Of a stretch of 63,872 nucleotides of DNA, positions 41,600-54,100 are shown piece by piece. Position numbers and translations under genes: made by a program. Under the pieces are notes generated by a model, which ran no database searches, was not told where the DNA came from, and worked only from the letters and a program-made list of their open reading frames with translations. Position 1 is the stretch's first letter, and each line of letters starts with the position of its first letter. The stretch comes from Choristocarpus tenellus KU-1152 (lineage: Eukaryota; Protista; Phaeophyceae). The stretch lies in contig CAXNAD020000005.1 of the NCBI GenBank assembly GCA_964200185.2, positions 1-63,872 on the forward strand, read 5' to 3'.

Positions 41600-44500
41600 C
41601 TATGGTCTCCCTCCATCCAGCGATAGAATAGACTGGTACAGATCTGGTCGACGGTCCCGAAACAATCCCCAGCTTGCTCGTTGCAGACGAAGTGCGTCCA
41701 GGTCAAACTCATGAAGCACCATCTCACAGATAGGATCCACCTCACAACGAGTATAAGTAGAGCCCGTGCTTGTATCACCGCACTGCTCTACAATGGCCCC
41801 AGTTTGATCTGAGATAAATGACCTACCATAGAAGGTAATTTCGGATTTATCAAACACCTCTCGACCAATCCGGTTCGATGCCACCACCGGAACTAGATTG
41901 GCCTGTACAAGACGTTTGGAGGTGTAACAGGTTTGGGAAATTGCGGATGCAGAAAGATGGACAATAAACGGGCATTCATGTATGTATAGGGGGATGTCAG
42001 AAAAGACTTACCGAGCACCTCTCAAATTGAAGTTTACCTCCATTCTCAGTTGTGCCTTGTAACTCTCAAGTGCCTATTGTACCCTGAGAAATGCTCAAGG
42101 TTAGACATTCCACGAGGAACATTCTGTGTGAAGAGATAAAAAAAATTAAATGGAAACATTGCTATGCTGTGGAAGAAGGAAGGGGAACAGAACCCTAGTT
42201 GTCCTGTCTTGGAACGTGTCACTTTTGTTTTTGAATGCTCCATTCCTCATTAAGAAAACGTTCCTGGCTGAATTTCAGTGCAAAAGAGACAAAATTGTGA
42301 TTGTTGGTTGTAGTGGTTGTGCAGACAGGGAAATGGTGGCAGAAAAATTGTACCAAGCAAAAAAACATGGAGCCAAAGTATCTTAGAGGGTAGAGTCGCA
42401 TTCCATTTGGGGTCCAAAATCCAATGTTGCAATTTTGATGTAACTTTGGCGATCACGTTTGTTAGGAAGTATCAATATTCTTGTTCCGGACACGCATTTC
42501 CATAACGTATACATTTTACCTACTCCGAAACAATTTGGAGTAGGAAAATGTCATAGAAGAGACCATGGAAAGCCAAGCCCCAAATGGACAAAGGGGAAAA
42601 TCGTACCCTCTAAGATACTTTCACTCATGCCTCTAGGATAACAAGACAGAGGAAGCAGTTGCCCTTCCCCTCCACAGCACTATCAATAATAACATGCAGA
42701 CCAACAGATTGAAGTGCAAGCTCAAACCATGTCCTACTAGAAAGGAGTTAGACACATCAACGCCTGGCAATATCAGTGATTCTCAACCAAAAACAGATCG
42801 AAGCAGGTGAGAGGATATTAGGTGAGTGCCCAAGCTGTTGTACTATAAAGCACTTCCCCAGTAACCAAATGACATGTGCATAGGCTTGTTACTCATACCT
42901 TGTTCAAAACCTTGACCACATGGGATACACAAAGAGTACATTAGCGTGCAACTTCTAAACAGCGAAATAAACTGAGGCGGAATTTGGCCAGTCAGTCCAA
43001 TATCACTATGACACGATCTATTGACAGTATTTAAGGTATACCTTACAAAACTAGCAAAAAAATGTGAAAGAGAGGTTGTTGCAATCACCTCGTGTAAAAT
43101 GATTCCTGTGTGATAACCTTCAGTAGAGCTGAGGTCTTGATTTCAAGTAAAAAAAAACATTACTGCCATCATTCTGTAGATCAACCCTATTGAAGCGAGA
43201 CGATCAATCCATCTTAAAAAAAAAAAAAGTACACTAAATCCAAGAGCTTTGAAGAGGACCGCATGCAACACCTGCATGCAGTGTGCACAACAGGACTATC
43301 AATCTTTCGACCGTGTCGGGCCATATCAGACTGGTTTTTTGGGGGGGGACGGCAGAAGACCACTACTACGAGGATAAGGGCCATATGAGCTTATGAGCAA
43401 GAACAACTTTGGTGACTGGGTCCCGTTGTGGTTGCAGAGCGGATGCTGCCAGGACCCCATGACATGCTTGTTGAAATTATTTCACAGTGAACATACCTTT
43501 TAAAAAAGCTTAGATCGTGGACTTTCAATTACATCTCTTTACTTTTGGGCGCAACAAAATATTTTGTACCCCTAACCCTAAACTCATGATATCGATCAAA
43601 TTTTCATACAATTAGAGCTCAAAATGAAGGGGGGTCGATGGATGATAAGTTGTGCAAATTTGAATTGCCTGCAATACTAACACCGGATTTTGGGAGACCG
43701 CAGTCTAAGCTTTGATTTGATTTATCAATCATGTCGTCACCCATGCTACTTCTTAACAACAAAAATTAAGCACTGAATTTGGAACGGAGTGACGGCAAGC
43801 ACCTTGCCCTCATAGTGTCCCATCAACCCTTCATTTGCAGAGAGCAGAATCCCGGATTTAGTCTTCGGTCTACCCCAAAACCCCAAGACGACTGAACATA
43901 TTTCCTTGGTCTGGTGAGTACAGATTTATACATATACGCACGAATTTACAGAGGTAGATATGCGCAGCTACTCCACGGAAACAAGGACACCATATTCTGT
44001 ATGATCTCACCGCACTGTGACCCTGCATTACTCTCTGCCAATGAGCTCTGGAGTCCAGATTTTTATCCTGGGGCTCAGATCCAATAGCAGTTGGATAGAA
44101 GAGCAACTTTGGTGTATTGAAGGGAGCAGTTGAAGACAGAGGAAAGAGAGACTAGCGAAGTGAGGATTTTCAATAACGTGTAAGTAAAATGATCATTGCA
44201 AGCATTCATTCCATCCAAGGGTTGGATACTTGTTTCACGTCCTACATAGTACAATGTGCTGCGCAGGGCAATGGTCTTCTACATTCAGTAACACTATTGT
44301 ACAGTTGCTGAGGTTCACAAAAAAAAAAGTCGAGTTGGTATGAGAACACTTGAACTCAAAGCAAGCACAACAATGCCTCGACAAGATAATTTCTTACCGT
44401 AATGAGGAACCCCGCAGAATGTACCATTAAATAGCTCAAGTATTTTTTTGTTCTCTCTGCATTAGTTTGGCTACATCATACAGTTTCAGGAGACCTTGAT

Positions 44501-45394
44501 AACGTTCATTCCTGGTGGAGGCTCCTGGTCATACCTCTGCTCCCTTCAGAGCCATGGTACGAGCTGCCTCGGGGAACCACTGGTCCCAGCATATGCCGAC
44601 ACCGATCGTACCAAAGCTTGTGTTCCACACCCTGAATCCCGTGTCACCTGGACTGAAGTAAAATTTTTCCTGACACGAACGGTGAGGATGGGATTCGGTA
44701 ATACAGCTCCGTTTGGTTGCAGACCCGCACATGATTAGTTTCATCCAGGGCGATCCACCATCTAAATTCGGATGTATTCGTCTTTAAGGCGAGGTAAATA
44801 GAAACCTATCGAGCCAGAACACACAGTGTGATCGTGAACGACAAAGGCGACCTATGGACGAATGTGTATGCCAACCCTGGGAGGAAAATTCCACTCGCCT
44901 GGTAGCCAGGGCCATCTGGTATATGACTCTTCCGGTACTTCCCCAAGTTGGTCCCGTCCGAGTCAAATACAACCACTGAGTTGAAGTAAGCGTTGTTGCA
45001 CCGTTCAAAAAAGCTTATTGGGAGCACCTGTCGAGCGCAGGTGTACAAGACAAGATGTAGAGTCTACCTGGCCCTCTGCCTGTACGTCTGAAAAGTGCAC
45101 AAGATGAACTAGTTGATTCTGGTTATCCTGGCGCATGTTTCTCACCACTCCTAACTCTTTCGCCAGGTCTTGAAATGAACTCAGCATAGGGCTTTCATTC
45201 TCACACTCAGCCCACAAAAAGTACTTCTCGTCCTGTTCTTGACAAAAGTACTTGGTTGCAAAAAGCTCCTGGAGAAGTATGATATTGGCGCCGTCGCCGG
45301 CAGCACGACGGACTAATGCCTCGGCTGCGGCAATGTTTGCATCTCTTTCTTGTCCACATTGCACCTGGGTCGCGGCCACAACTACTTTTCTCAT
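41600..45394 (-). CDS. aguB: N-carbamoylputrescine amidase (nitrilase superfamily, AguB/CPA), 5 exons
   Basis: Exons 45394-45146, 45027-44899, 44669-44535, 44106-44011, 41902-41600. Catalytic triad contexts LLQELF, YRKSHIPDGPGYQEKFYFSPGDTGF, GICWDQWFPE, plus YPTAIGSEP, HWQRVMQGH, ASNRIG, WGLFRDRRP. Confidence 0.95.
42370..42626 (+). mobile_element. MITE family A copy in aguB intron 4
   Basis: GAGCCAAAGTATCTTAGAGGGTA ... TACCCTCTAAGATACTTTCACTC, flanked by 3-bp TSD ATG. Confidence 0.93.
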
Positions 45395-46466
45395 GTTGAA
45401 CACTACACTAAAAATTGAAGACCTACTTAAACTAAAAATCAATGGACAATGTCGAGTTGTGAATTATTAGTTAAATAGTGTGAACCAAGATTTGTGATTT
45501 ACAATTACAATCGTTTCACCTCTCGCTAGTTTAATATCACGATCCTTTTCGGGATCATTTTACATGACTGTCTTTGCAAAGTCAGAAGAGAATAGTATGG
45601 GTAATGAATAAGGGTTTTGACACAAAGAAAACATTTTGAGGATTGGAAAGGTACGTCTTTGCCTTAATATCTTGAGGTAAACCATAAATGGGACAATGAA
45701 AATATGTGGATGGTGGTGATGAAGATAATTGAGAGAGACGGAGATGATGGGAATCCTCAACAACACCTAACAAAAAATCACCGAACACACAGCATTTAAT
45801 TATAGCAGTATGTTGTTCAATAGTCGGTTTGTAGTTAGAAACTAAAAATACAACGTCCTGGTTACGATTGTTCACTACCATGAAATGTGTTCAACATTAT
45901 TGGTGGATGTATAGATAATGACATATGTATAGATATTATTTTCCCCTTTCACAGATTGGAATATTGTTAAGGAAAACCAAAACCAAAACTATATTAGAAG
46001 TTGTCCCTGTGACAATAGGTCCAAATAATCTTTACACTATCTAATTTGATAATTAACAAAATTAAGTACTTTATCAATCATAATGTACCTACACCTCCAA
46101 TAAAAGTTATTAAGTTGATAGTTTGCGATTCAATCCTCATATCCCGCGAGATCGATCTAACATTTTGTATGCGCGCCCAAAATCTGACGAATCGCACAAA
46201 ATTAAGTGGTTAGCGGTTCGCACAACTCTATCAAGGCTTCCACATCGCAAACAAATTTAAGTGGGGGTCTGCATCGTTGAGGGCAGCCCAGAGCAGAAAG
46301 ACAATTTTACGACTTCTCACGCCTCAAGTTCCCGTCATCAGTTGTTGTGCAGCCCGAGGCATACAACCTGAGATAGGATCTCTTGGCTGGTTGGGTTAGT
46401 TGTTGGTGCCTATTTCAGTTGGACTGGCTTTTCCATTCAGTGTCGTGATATCCAAACGTGAAGTCA

Positions 46467-49400
46467 ATGACCCATCAGCTCGGTGCACCCTTGGGAGGCA
46501 CGCATCACTTTGACGATGATGTGGACGATGACGACATGGATGGCATGGGTAAGGGACGGTCCTCATGTCCCCGAATCCATCCTTGGTGTTCTACAGATGG
46601 GTGTACAGAGCGTCCTCTGAGACAGTTCACAGCTCCTCTATCGAAGGAGGTGCGATCTAGCCAAGATTCATTGAGTTGCGATCTTTGAACCAAATGATAC
46701 AACACGATTGCTACTAGGGTATACCGCGTACGGTGTAGGCATTAAGAACCTGGAATGTATCCCAACAATGCGTTCGTTCGTTACCTTGCACCACGATGGC
46801 TTAGGGTTCACCAAGATGAGCAAGTTTCATGCTTTTGCTCAACTCTACAGCTGTGCATCTGGTACCAACCAATAGTTCGCTCAAAGATTTTACTTGCGAT
46901 TCATCTAATCTAGGTGTAGATGCGATACAAGTCTCCTTTCTCTACCCAATGAAGTCCTTAGTTTTCTTGTCGGAGGCAATTGCCACAAACTGACATGTAT
47001 CTTATTCTCGCAGATTTCCGTCAAACCCCCTGCAGCAGTCCCATCATTGCTATGTTCCCACTCAACCATTTTCCTTGCGTGCTGGCCTTGCTGCTGATCT
47101 ATTTCCAGATTGTGTTTATGTGCAAGACGCACTTTATGGGTGTCCCAGCACAGACTCGTGATGGGTGGAAACAGTATCGGGGTCAGCGAATGTTCCCCGA
47201 GTCCAAAGTGGCAGTAGAATGCAGACCTGGGCCTGGCCGGGTCCTGACCAACACTGGCGAACCCAAGTACACTTGTCCCGATGAGGAGAAGGGAAAAGTT
47301 CACGGCAAGAACCTAATGTGGCCTGGGAAAATATATCACGTGCTCTACCAGGTATGCGAACTTGATACAGCAAACGATGAATATAATTTCGTATTATGGA
47401 AGATTTTAAAGAAAGACAGTCATCTATTGTGCACTAACGAGGCATGTGGTACCACTTGAGGTTGAGTAGGCCCCTCTGAATTATGTGCTTGTTTCAAGTT
47501 AGTTTAACTCTTCCAGTTTTTTGATAGCGGGTTCCTGATGATACGATACGTGTATAAAACATTTTTTCGATAAAATGTTACCATACATTTTTTTTTCCTA
47601 ATGAGAGTTGGGCTACTTCCTTTTGTGTATGATGGGATCACTCACAAGGTGAAGGATTGTTCTGGTGTATTCATTGCTAAGGAAGCTGAAGCAAAACCTC
47701 TATGTAATGTTTGCATATGTTTTGTCTCTGGCGTCTTGCAAAGAAAAATAACTACTCAGACTCTCAAAGCATATGATCCACTAGTCAACCTTCAACCAGC
47801 TAATTGTCCTGGAAATTGAGACGTGCTGATACAAAAGAGCAAGATCAAGGTGATGCTGTGATCATAGTAGAATGGGATGGTGAACAGATGCACCACCTTC
47901 ATTTGGAATGGTTCAATCCTAGTTGTTGCCATGCATCAACCAATATTTGTGCAAAGTGCATTGTACCCAAAGCCCTTAACAACTAGCATATTCTTGTTTA
48001 CCTGCGCTGTTGTAGGTGTGGAACAACTACGTAGAGTCAAAGAGGCAATCCACAGGGGACTCCCACATGACCTCCACTGAGAGAGCAGAGCTAGTCCCTG
48101 AGGCTGCACGTGTACTTCGGGAACAGGGACACATAGCAATGGCAGAGGTCTTGGAGGGGACGTCAGAGGGTGCCCGTAAGGTGAAAGACTTTGTGATGGG
48201 GAATGGACATAGTAATCCATGAATCACCCACTCAAGAAGTGTCGTGTGGACTCCTCGGGGGGAGGTGGGGAGGGGGGAGGGTTAGTCTATAATGTAATCC
48301 AAATTAGTAAGTTGTGTGTAAGCTCTAATCCAAGCTTTCCATTTCTTTCTTTGTAAGTGAAGTATGTTCTGTGTGCGGTGTGGTATGTCTGGGTACTTGT
48401 ATAGAGGCAAAGTCTGACTCTTCATTGGCATTGAACACCTTTGAGGGCATGCTTTATCTTTTGGGCGGCTATTTTTTAAGGTGATCCACAGGCAATGACA
48501 ACATTCTATTGACTTGATTTGATTGATCTTCTATTGCTTTTTGACCCTATGCAACCTCATATTTGTTCAAGTTAGTGTTTAGTGGGACTCTCTTGTTCAG
48601 GTTTCCTTTTTCAATATGATACCACTTTGATGACTGCTGAAATGTTGGGCATTGCCCTTGGGCTAATGCCCCTTCAACTCCCACCTGCACTATCCTCGTG
48701 CGACTTTATTCCTGAATTTTACAAGGTGGTTCATAATAGGATGGTGAGCAAGTACCTCAAGCCAAGGTGAGTTTATTTTAATGTGTAGACAGAAACCCTT
48801 GAGTGCAGTTTTTGTTGTGGCTATTTGTACTATCTTACAATATTCTATGTAGGACTGAGTGGCCTGTTTCACACCTTGCCGGCATCTCTTTTGAATTATT
48901 CTAGTAATAATGTAGCTGATACAAATGTTACAAACGGATGTTCATGGTTGTTTGGTTGATTTGTGCTGAAAACATAGGGAAACTTTCATAGCAAAACTGC
49001 GTCAAATGGGCCTTGAAGCGGGAGATGTCCTTGATTGGGAGGCAGCACTAGATGCTGCTCAGACACACTTGGACCACATGCCTGTGAAGGAGATTCCTGA
49101 GGTTGTGGGCGGGGAAGGTTCCAGTGCACCCAATGGTGTTAGTCGCAAGGGTAAGATTCCGCGCAAGCGCCGTCTTTCTGACATGATGCTAGACACACCA
49201 GAGGGCAAGCGTGCACGTGCCTTGGAGGCCATGGTGGCTGCTGCAGAGCGGGCCAACCTCTTGCAAAAAGGAGTTGCAGAAGCTGAAAATGAGCATCTCC
49301 GAAGGATGGAGCTGGCTGATGCAGAGGTGAGAGAAAAAAATTAGATAAGGTCGGCTGCTGTATGTTGTGCAGAATGGTGATGGAGTGATCTAACACTTTG

Positions 49401-50571
49401 TTTGTGGTTGTTAGGCGTCGGACTGATTAATTAGTTCACTATACTTTAGTTTGAAAATCTTTATTGCTATGTTGAAATATGGATTTGTTGCCTTGATCTG
49501 AAATATTTGGTGTATCTATTATGTGTGTTGGTGGTCTATTGTTGTGCTTTCGAAGTTGATAGATTTTACCCGAATCCTGCCTTTCAAATCTCCAAGTATG
49601 AATGGGCAATAGTTTTGATTAAATAATTCACTGGCATCATCCTGTTTTCAAATAGACATTTGGTTTGAATTTTAAATCTCAATGTGGAGAAGCTTCTGTA
49701 TACAGTCATTTGCTCCTTGATCTCATCTCAGCATACACTGGAACAGGTCAAGTGACAATTTTCACATCGATGTATGACTGTACACAAGCAATAGGCTCTA
49801 GAATTTCACTTTTATGTGTAGAGCCGGGCTGATGAAGTGCACAATAGATGTTCTAAGTCAAATTTGTGTAAATATTGAACCAATATGAGCGGATGCAATA
49901 TTGTTGTGTTTACAGGCACTCCAAATGATTCTAACCCTAAGAAAACAAAATATCATTTCTCACCCCAGAGTTGTGGACAGTGGTCCTCTTTACCACTCAT
50001 GCTACATGAAACTCGACACCAATCACATGTCAATACATGTTCAGGATAGTTACAAAGAGTTCTTCCATTGGTCCAGCTTGTCCTTTCTGCCACTGTTCTA
50101 AACACTCTTTTGACATTTAGAGTTAGCATCCGTACAGATAACTGAACTTCAGCTCATTCTGGTCTGAACGCAAACAAATGTTTTCTGTCAGAAGGGACAG
50201 ACCCTACATGATTATTATGCAATGGTCCAAGTACTACTGGTTTTACACTCACGGTGCTCAACAGCAAAAATCGATACACTCCTCCTAAGTAAATTTAGCT
50301 CAAAACACTAGGTGTTGGAGCTGACTTAACCCACAAAATGCTTTCCTGTTTTGTTCAGCGCTTAAATATGGAGAAGGAGGAGCATGCTCTTCGTATTGCC
50401 ATTGGCAACTCTGCTCTGGCACTACTCAACAAGATGGCAAACCAGAGTAATCTCACACAGAGCAATGTTACAGAGAGTGACATCGTGCAGGGCAGTCTCA
50501 GTCAAAGCAATGTTGTACAGGCTAGTATCAATCACGTTAATGCCAACCAAGACAATGCTAATCAGGCATGA
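46467..50571 (+). CDS. Uncharacterised protein: C-x4-C..C-x2-H motif, basic NLS-like patch, coiled-coil-like segment, C-terminal 5-residue repeats
   Basis: Phase-compatible exons 46467-46649, 47109-47351, 48016-48211, 48601-48766, 48978-49326, 50359-50571 give one open frame with GT-AG boundaries. No recognisable family. The donor of exon 3 is uncertain. Confidence 0.65.
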
Positions 50572-51133
50572 TTGTCCTTGAGAAGGAAGGGCTTGTCCCA
50601 TGCGACAAAAGATGTACATATTGTGGTACTGTTGATTAAATTGTGTTTGATTATAAGAAGAGTAGCTGGCAGTAATTAGAGGTTTGGAAGTTCTTGACAT
50701 CACAGTACAACAGTTTACCAGTCCTATCACATTGTGTATATTACCTTAGGCCTACAAAATCTGGTTCACATAGATTTTAGGGCAATTGTTGAGTGATCAA
50801 GGGAAATATCTCCAAAATCCTTGTCTGCATTTTGTTCGAGTTCCTGTATGGTGCAAGCCCTGTATGAGGGGGGCTTGTGTAAGGTTGATTCTCTGCAAGT
50901 TACAGGAATACCTTTACAGTGGACAAGAATGAGCAAGCATACACTACGGCACTGCACATATCTTGATGCTCCATCAAAGTAGTGGAAACCTCTAATACAG
51001 TATCTGCTCTTCCCATGTATATGAGAAGGTTGGAGCGGTTTCACCGCAACTACTGATGGGCAAAATGAAATATGTGGGGAACAAAACACCTGTTTTGGAG
51101 ATAAACCTTGAAATCATTGGTCACCTAACTGCT

Positions 51134-54100
51134 CTATGGTGGCCTAGGGGGGGTAGGGGGGGGGATGCTAGGTGGTGGAGGTGTTCCAGTGGACATATTT
51201 TTTGAGGGGGGAGGTGGGGGAAGGGGATTTGTTTCTGAGAGGATCGTTTCTACTAGATGTTGTGATGGGTTGAGTTGTGCTGTGGCATCGTCCATTACCC
51301 TTTCTCCCTGAGGGTTGGGAGTTGGAGCAGAAGCCTCTGGTGGGGAAGGGGACATCACTCCTACTTCATCTTTACCAATGTTCTCCGGTGGAAGAGCAGA
51401 GCATTCAGTCTCGAAGCTTTGGCAGCTACGGTATGTTGTGCTGCTGTCGCAGCTTGCCCTCGATTGAGGCAAAGTGCTGTGTTCTTTGTCATCAGTTGTT
51501 CGATTGTCATGACCAACTTGCGGACTTCTGTTGTTGATATCATTGAGTGCTCCTCCCCTGATGGCCGTCATTATTTCATCCATGCTGGGAGGGGCACTGT
51601 CTGGACGCACATCTTGTTGATGTGACACAAGTGTTGGCGCTTGCACCTTTGGCTCAAAGCCTCGAATGATGGACAGGGAGACTGTGACTGACGCAGGTCC
51701 TGGGCTTAGAAGGTGTGACAGCACTTCTGCCACCTCCTGCGCACTGTGCACTCTTTGACCTGATATCAGAGGAAATTTTTGTTGTTTTGCAGTTGGACTT
51801 GGAGGATTAAAAGGTCAAATTATTAGGCAGGGATTCAACAGGTTTTACACGCATTTAGGAATGTTGCACACCTAGGACACCATTACATTTTGGTAACATA
51901 TTGTCAACACTTTGTGTTGTGTTCACATTGCGGCATGTTGTATGAACATAGATATATTTTATCAAGTGAGTATTATGATATATGATTTATGTTGTGTCTT
52001 TATATATGTATTCGCCCTGACTGTTTTGGACATATCCTGGCATTCCATAGCATTGAGGTTGAGTTTGTCCAATGTGTGGAATAACTTAAAACTGCTATGA
52101 ATATATAAGTAATACTAGGAATGGAGAACTGTAAGTTAAGAACAACTGTAAGGTCTGAGTTGACCTTGCTTTTCTGTGAGTATTCAAACAGTACTCTGCC
52201 GATACATAAACAAAGGCATTGATGCATGTGCATGGTGTAAGGTGTGGAAATAGAACAGATCAACATAAAATTGCAGTGCTCGTATTGCCTATGTAGAAGG
52301 ACAAATTCATAAACTCAAGCGTAAGATTATACACTTTTATCAACTCCACTTATCTCCAAGATATATGAACATTCAGACTGGTGATTACACAAATGCACGC
52401 CCTAAAAATGTTACGTATCAATAAAAAGATTTGGACTCTGTAAACATCACTTGCCATTGATTGCCACAATTCGATCCCCCTGCTGCACGCCTGATTCCCT
52501 TGCAGGGCAGCCTTTCGCTCCCACACCCAGAACCAATGGTCCACTGTCTTTCACATTGCTGGAAGAGTTTTCAACATCTCTCAGGCGCAGTCCCAAGCTA
52601 GGTGCAGCTGCACTCATCACAATATCCAACTGACAATGCAAAGCGAATTGAGTTTAAAGTGCGTGAGGAGTGACACTTGAACAATATACACATTACATCA
52701 ATGCCATTTGATACTTTGCAAATACTTTTCTAGTGACTTATTATGATGTAGCCTCAACATCGCAGCCTAGGTCCTCTACCAAATATATCAGACACTTTGG
52801 TGGTTCTAAAATGTTACCTAGCATTTCTTCTAGTACAGTACACACATACTTCCTACTGTGGTCAAGAGGCACAAACCCCACACTAGAGCAAAAATTAGCA
52901 TGGATGCATGAACCGCAAACTTTGAAGGCAGCCACCGAGACCTGCAACAATGCAATCCATTGTTCATGCTTTTACTGTGAGTCATTACCAATATACAGGG
53001 CTCTAAGTGCATGTACTTTTACTGCAGGACACAGGATATAGTTTGAGGTGATGAACAGAGTGACACAAGGCTCTCCATATCCACATATTGTGTCCTAGAA
53101 AAAATTAGGGATATAGAAAGTTCCTGTCTTTGTGTTGTCCTAGTAAAAATTAGGAAACACCTCATACCCTTCAATCATTTTTTTGAACACAAGTGATGGT
53201 GTATTGGCAGCAGGACATGGGGCAGGTAGAATCAAAGCTCAAGACTCATACACAATTCCATATTTGAGCTTTAACTTCTAGTCAGTATCTAACTGAATTG
53301 ACCATCCCTGTGATCTGTGTGTGGTCATTTTGATACTGAAAAGAGGGCACGTGACATCTATATTCCCTCTCTTCCCCAATGCACAATGATAATTGATACT
53401 AAGGGGCTTTTAGTACTGAGTGACACAAATTCAGGATAGAGACGGGATTGAGACAGAAATTAAAAAAATGAAATGTTTGTTTGATTGACAGCACCTCTTT
53501 CGGTCCTGTCATCTTGTTCTCATTGGAACCTGTGCCAAATAGGCTATGTCTCTGCCCTGGCATATGTACATCCTGAGAAAGGTGGATGATATTACAGGCA
53601 AAAAGGATGTATGCAAGAAAATGTACACAATGAAGAGGTGTCAAATGTTCTGGTTGCTCATACACAGTACAGTAACATACAGGACAGACATAAGGCAGTA
53701 ACATCAAACACCAAATGCATCATAACTCTGACCAGTACATCCACGTCTTCGTCAGTCAGAGAACATTATGCAAGTTCTTACAATTTCCTCCCCAAAACTA
53801 TAGCCTCATTGCCTTGGAAGCATCAAGAAGAATCACTCTAAAAATTAACCATGAGAATGCACATACTTACACTACGGGACAATTATACAGAAGGTAGTTA
53901 CATCGAGGGTCATACTTGGCATAAAACAAAAGGCTGGCACTTCAAGAAAGGGCAGTCTCCAAGAAAGTGCAGTCTCACTTTCTAGTATCACATGTACATT
54001 AGATTGATACATGCCCAGCATAAATTCACAATAACAGGAATACAAGAACAAAGTGTACGTGGTAGGAGAGATTCAAACATGAATCAATGCATCCTAGTTG

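Noticed and set aside
46915-46975. SLLSLPNEVLS F-box-like peptide
   Set aside because: Falls in the predicted first intron of the 46467 gene, with no clear donor or continuing F-box helix. Cannot be excluded as an alternative exon.
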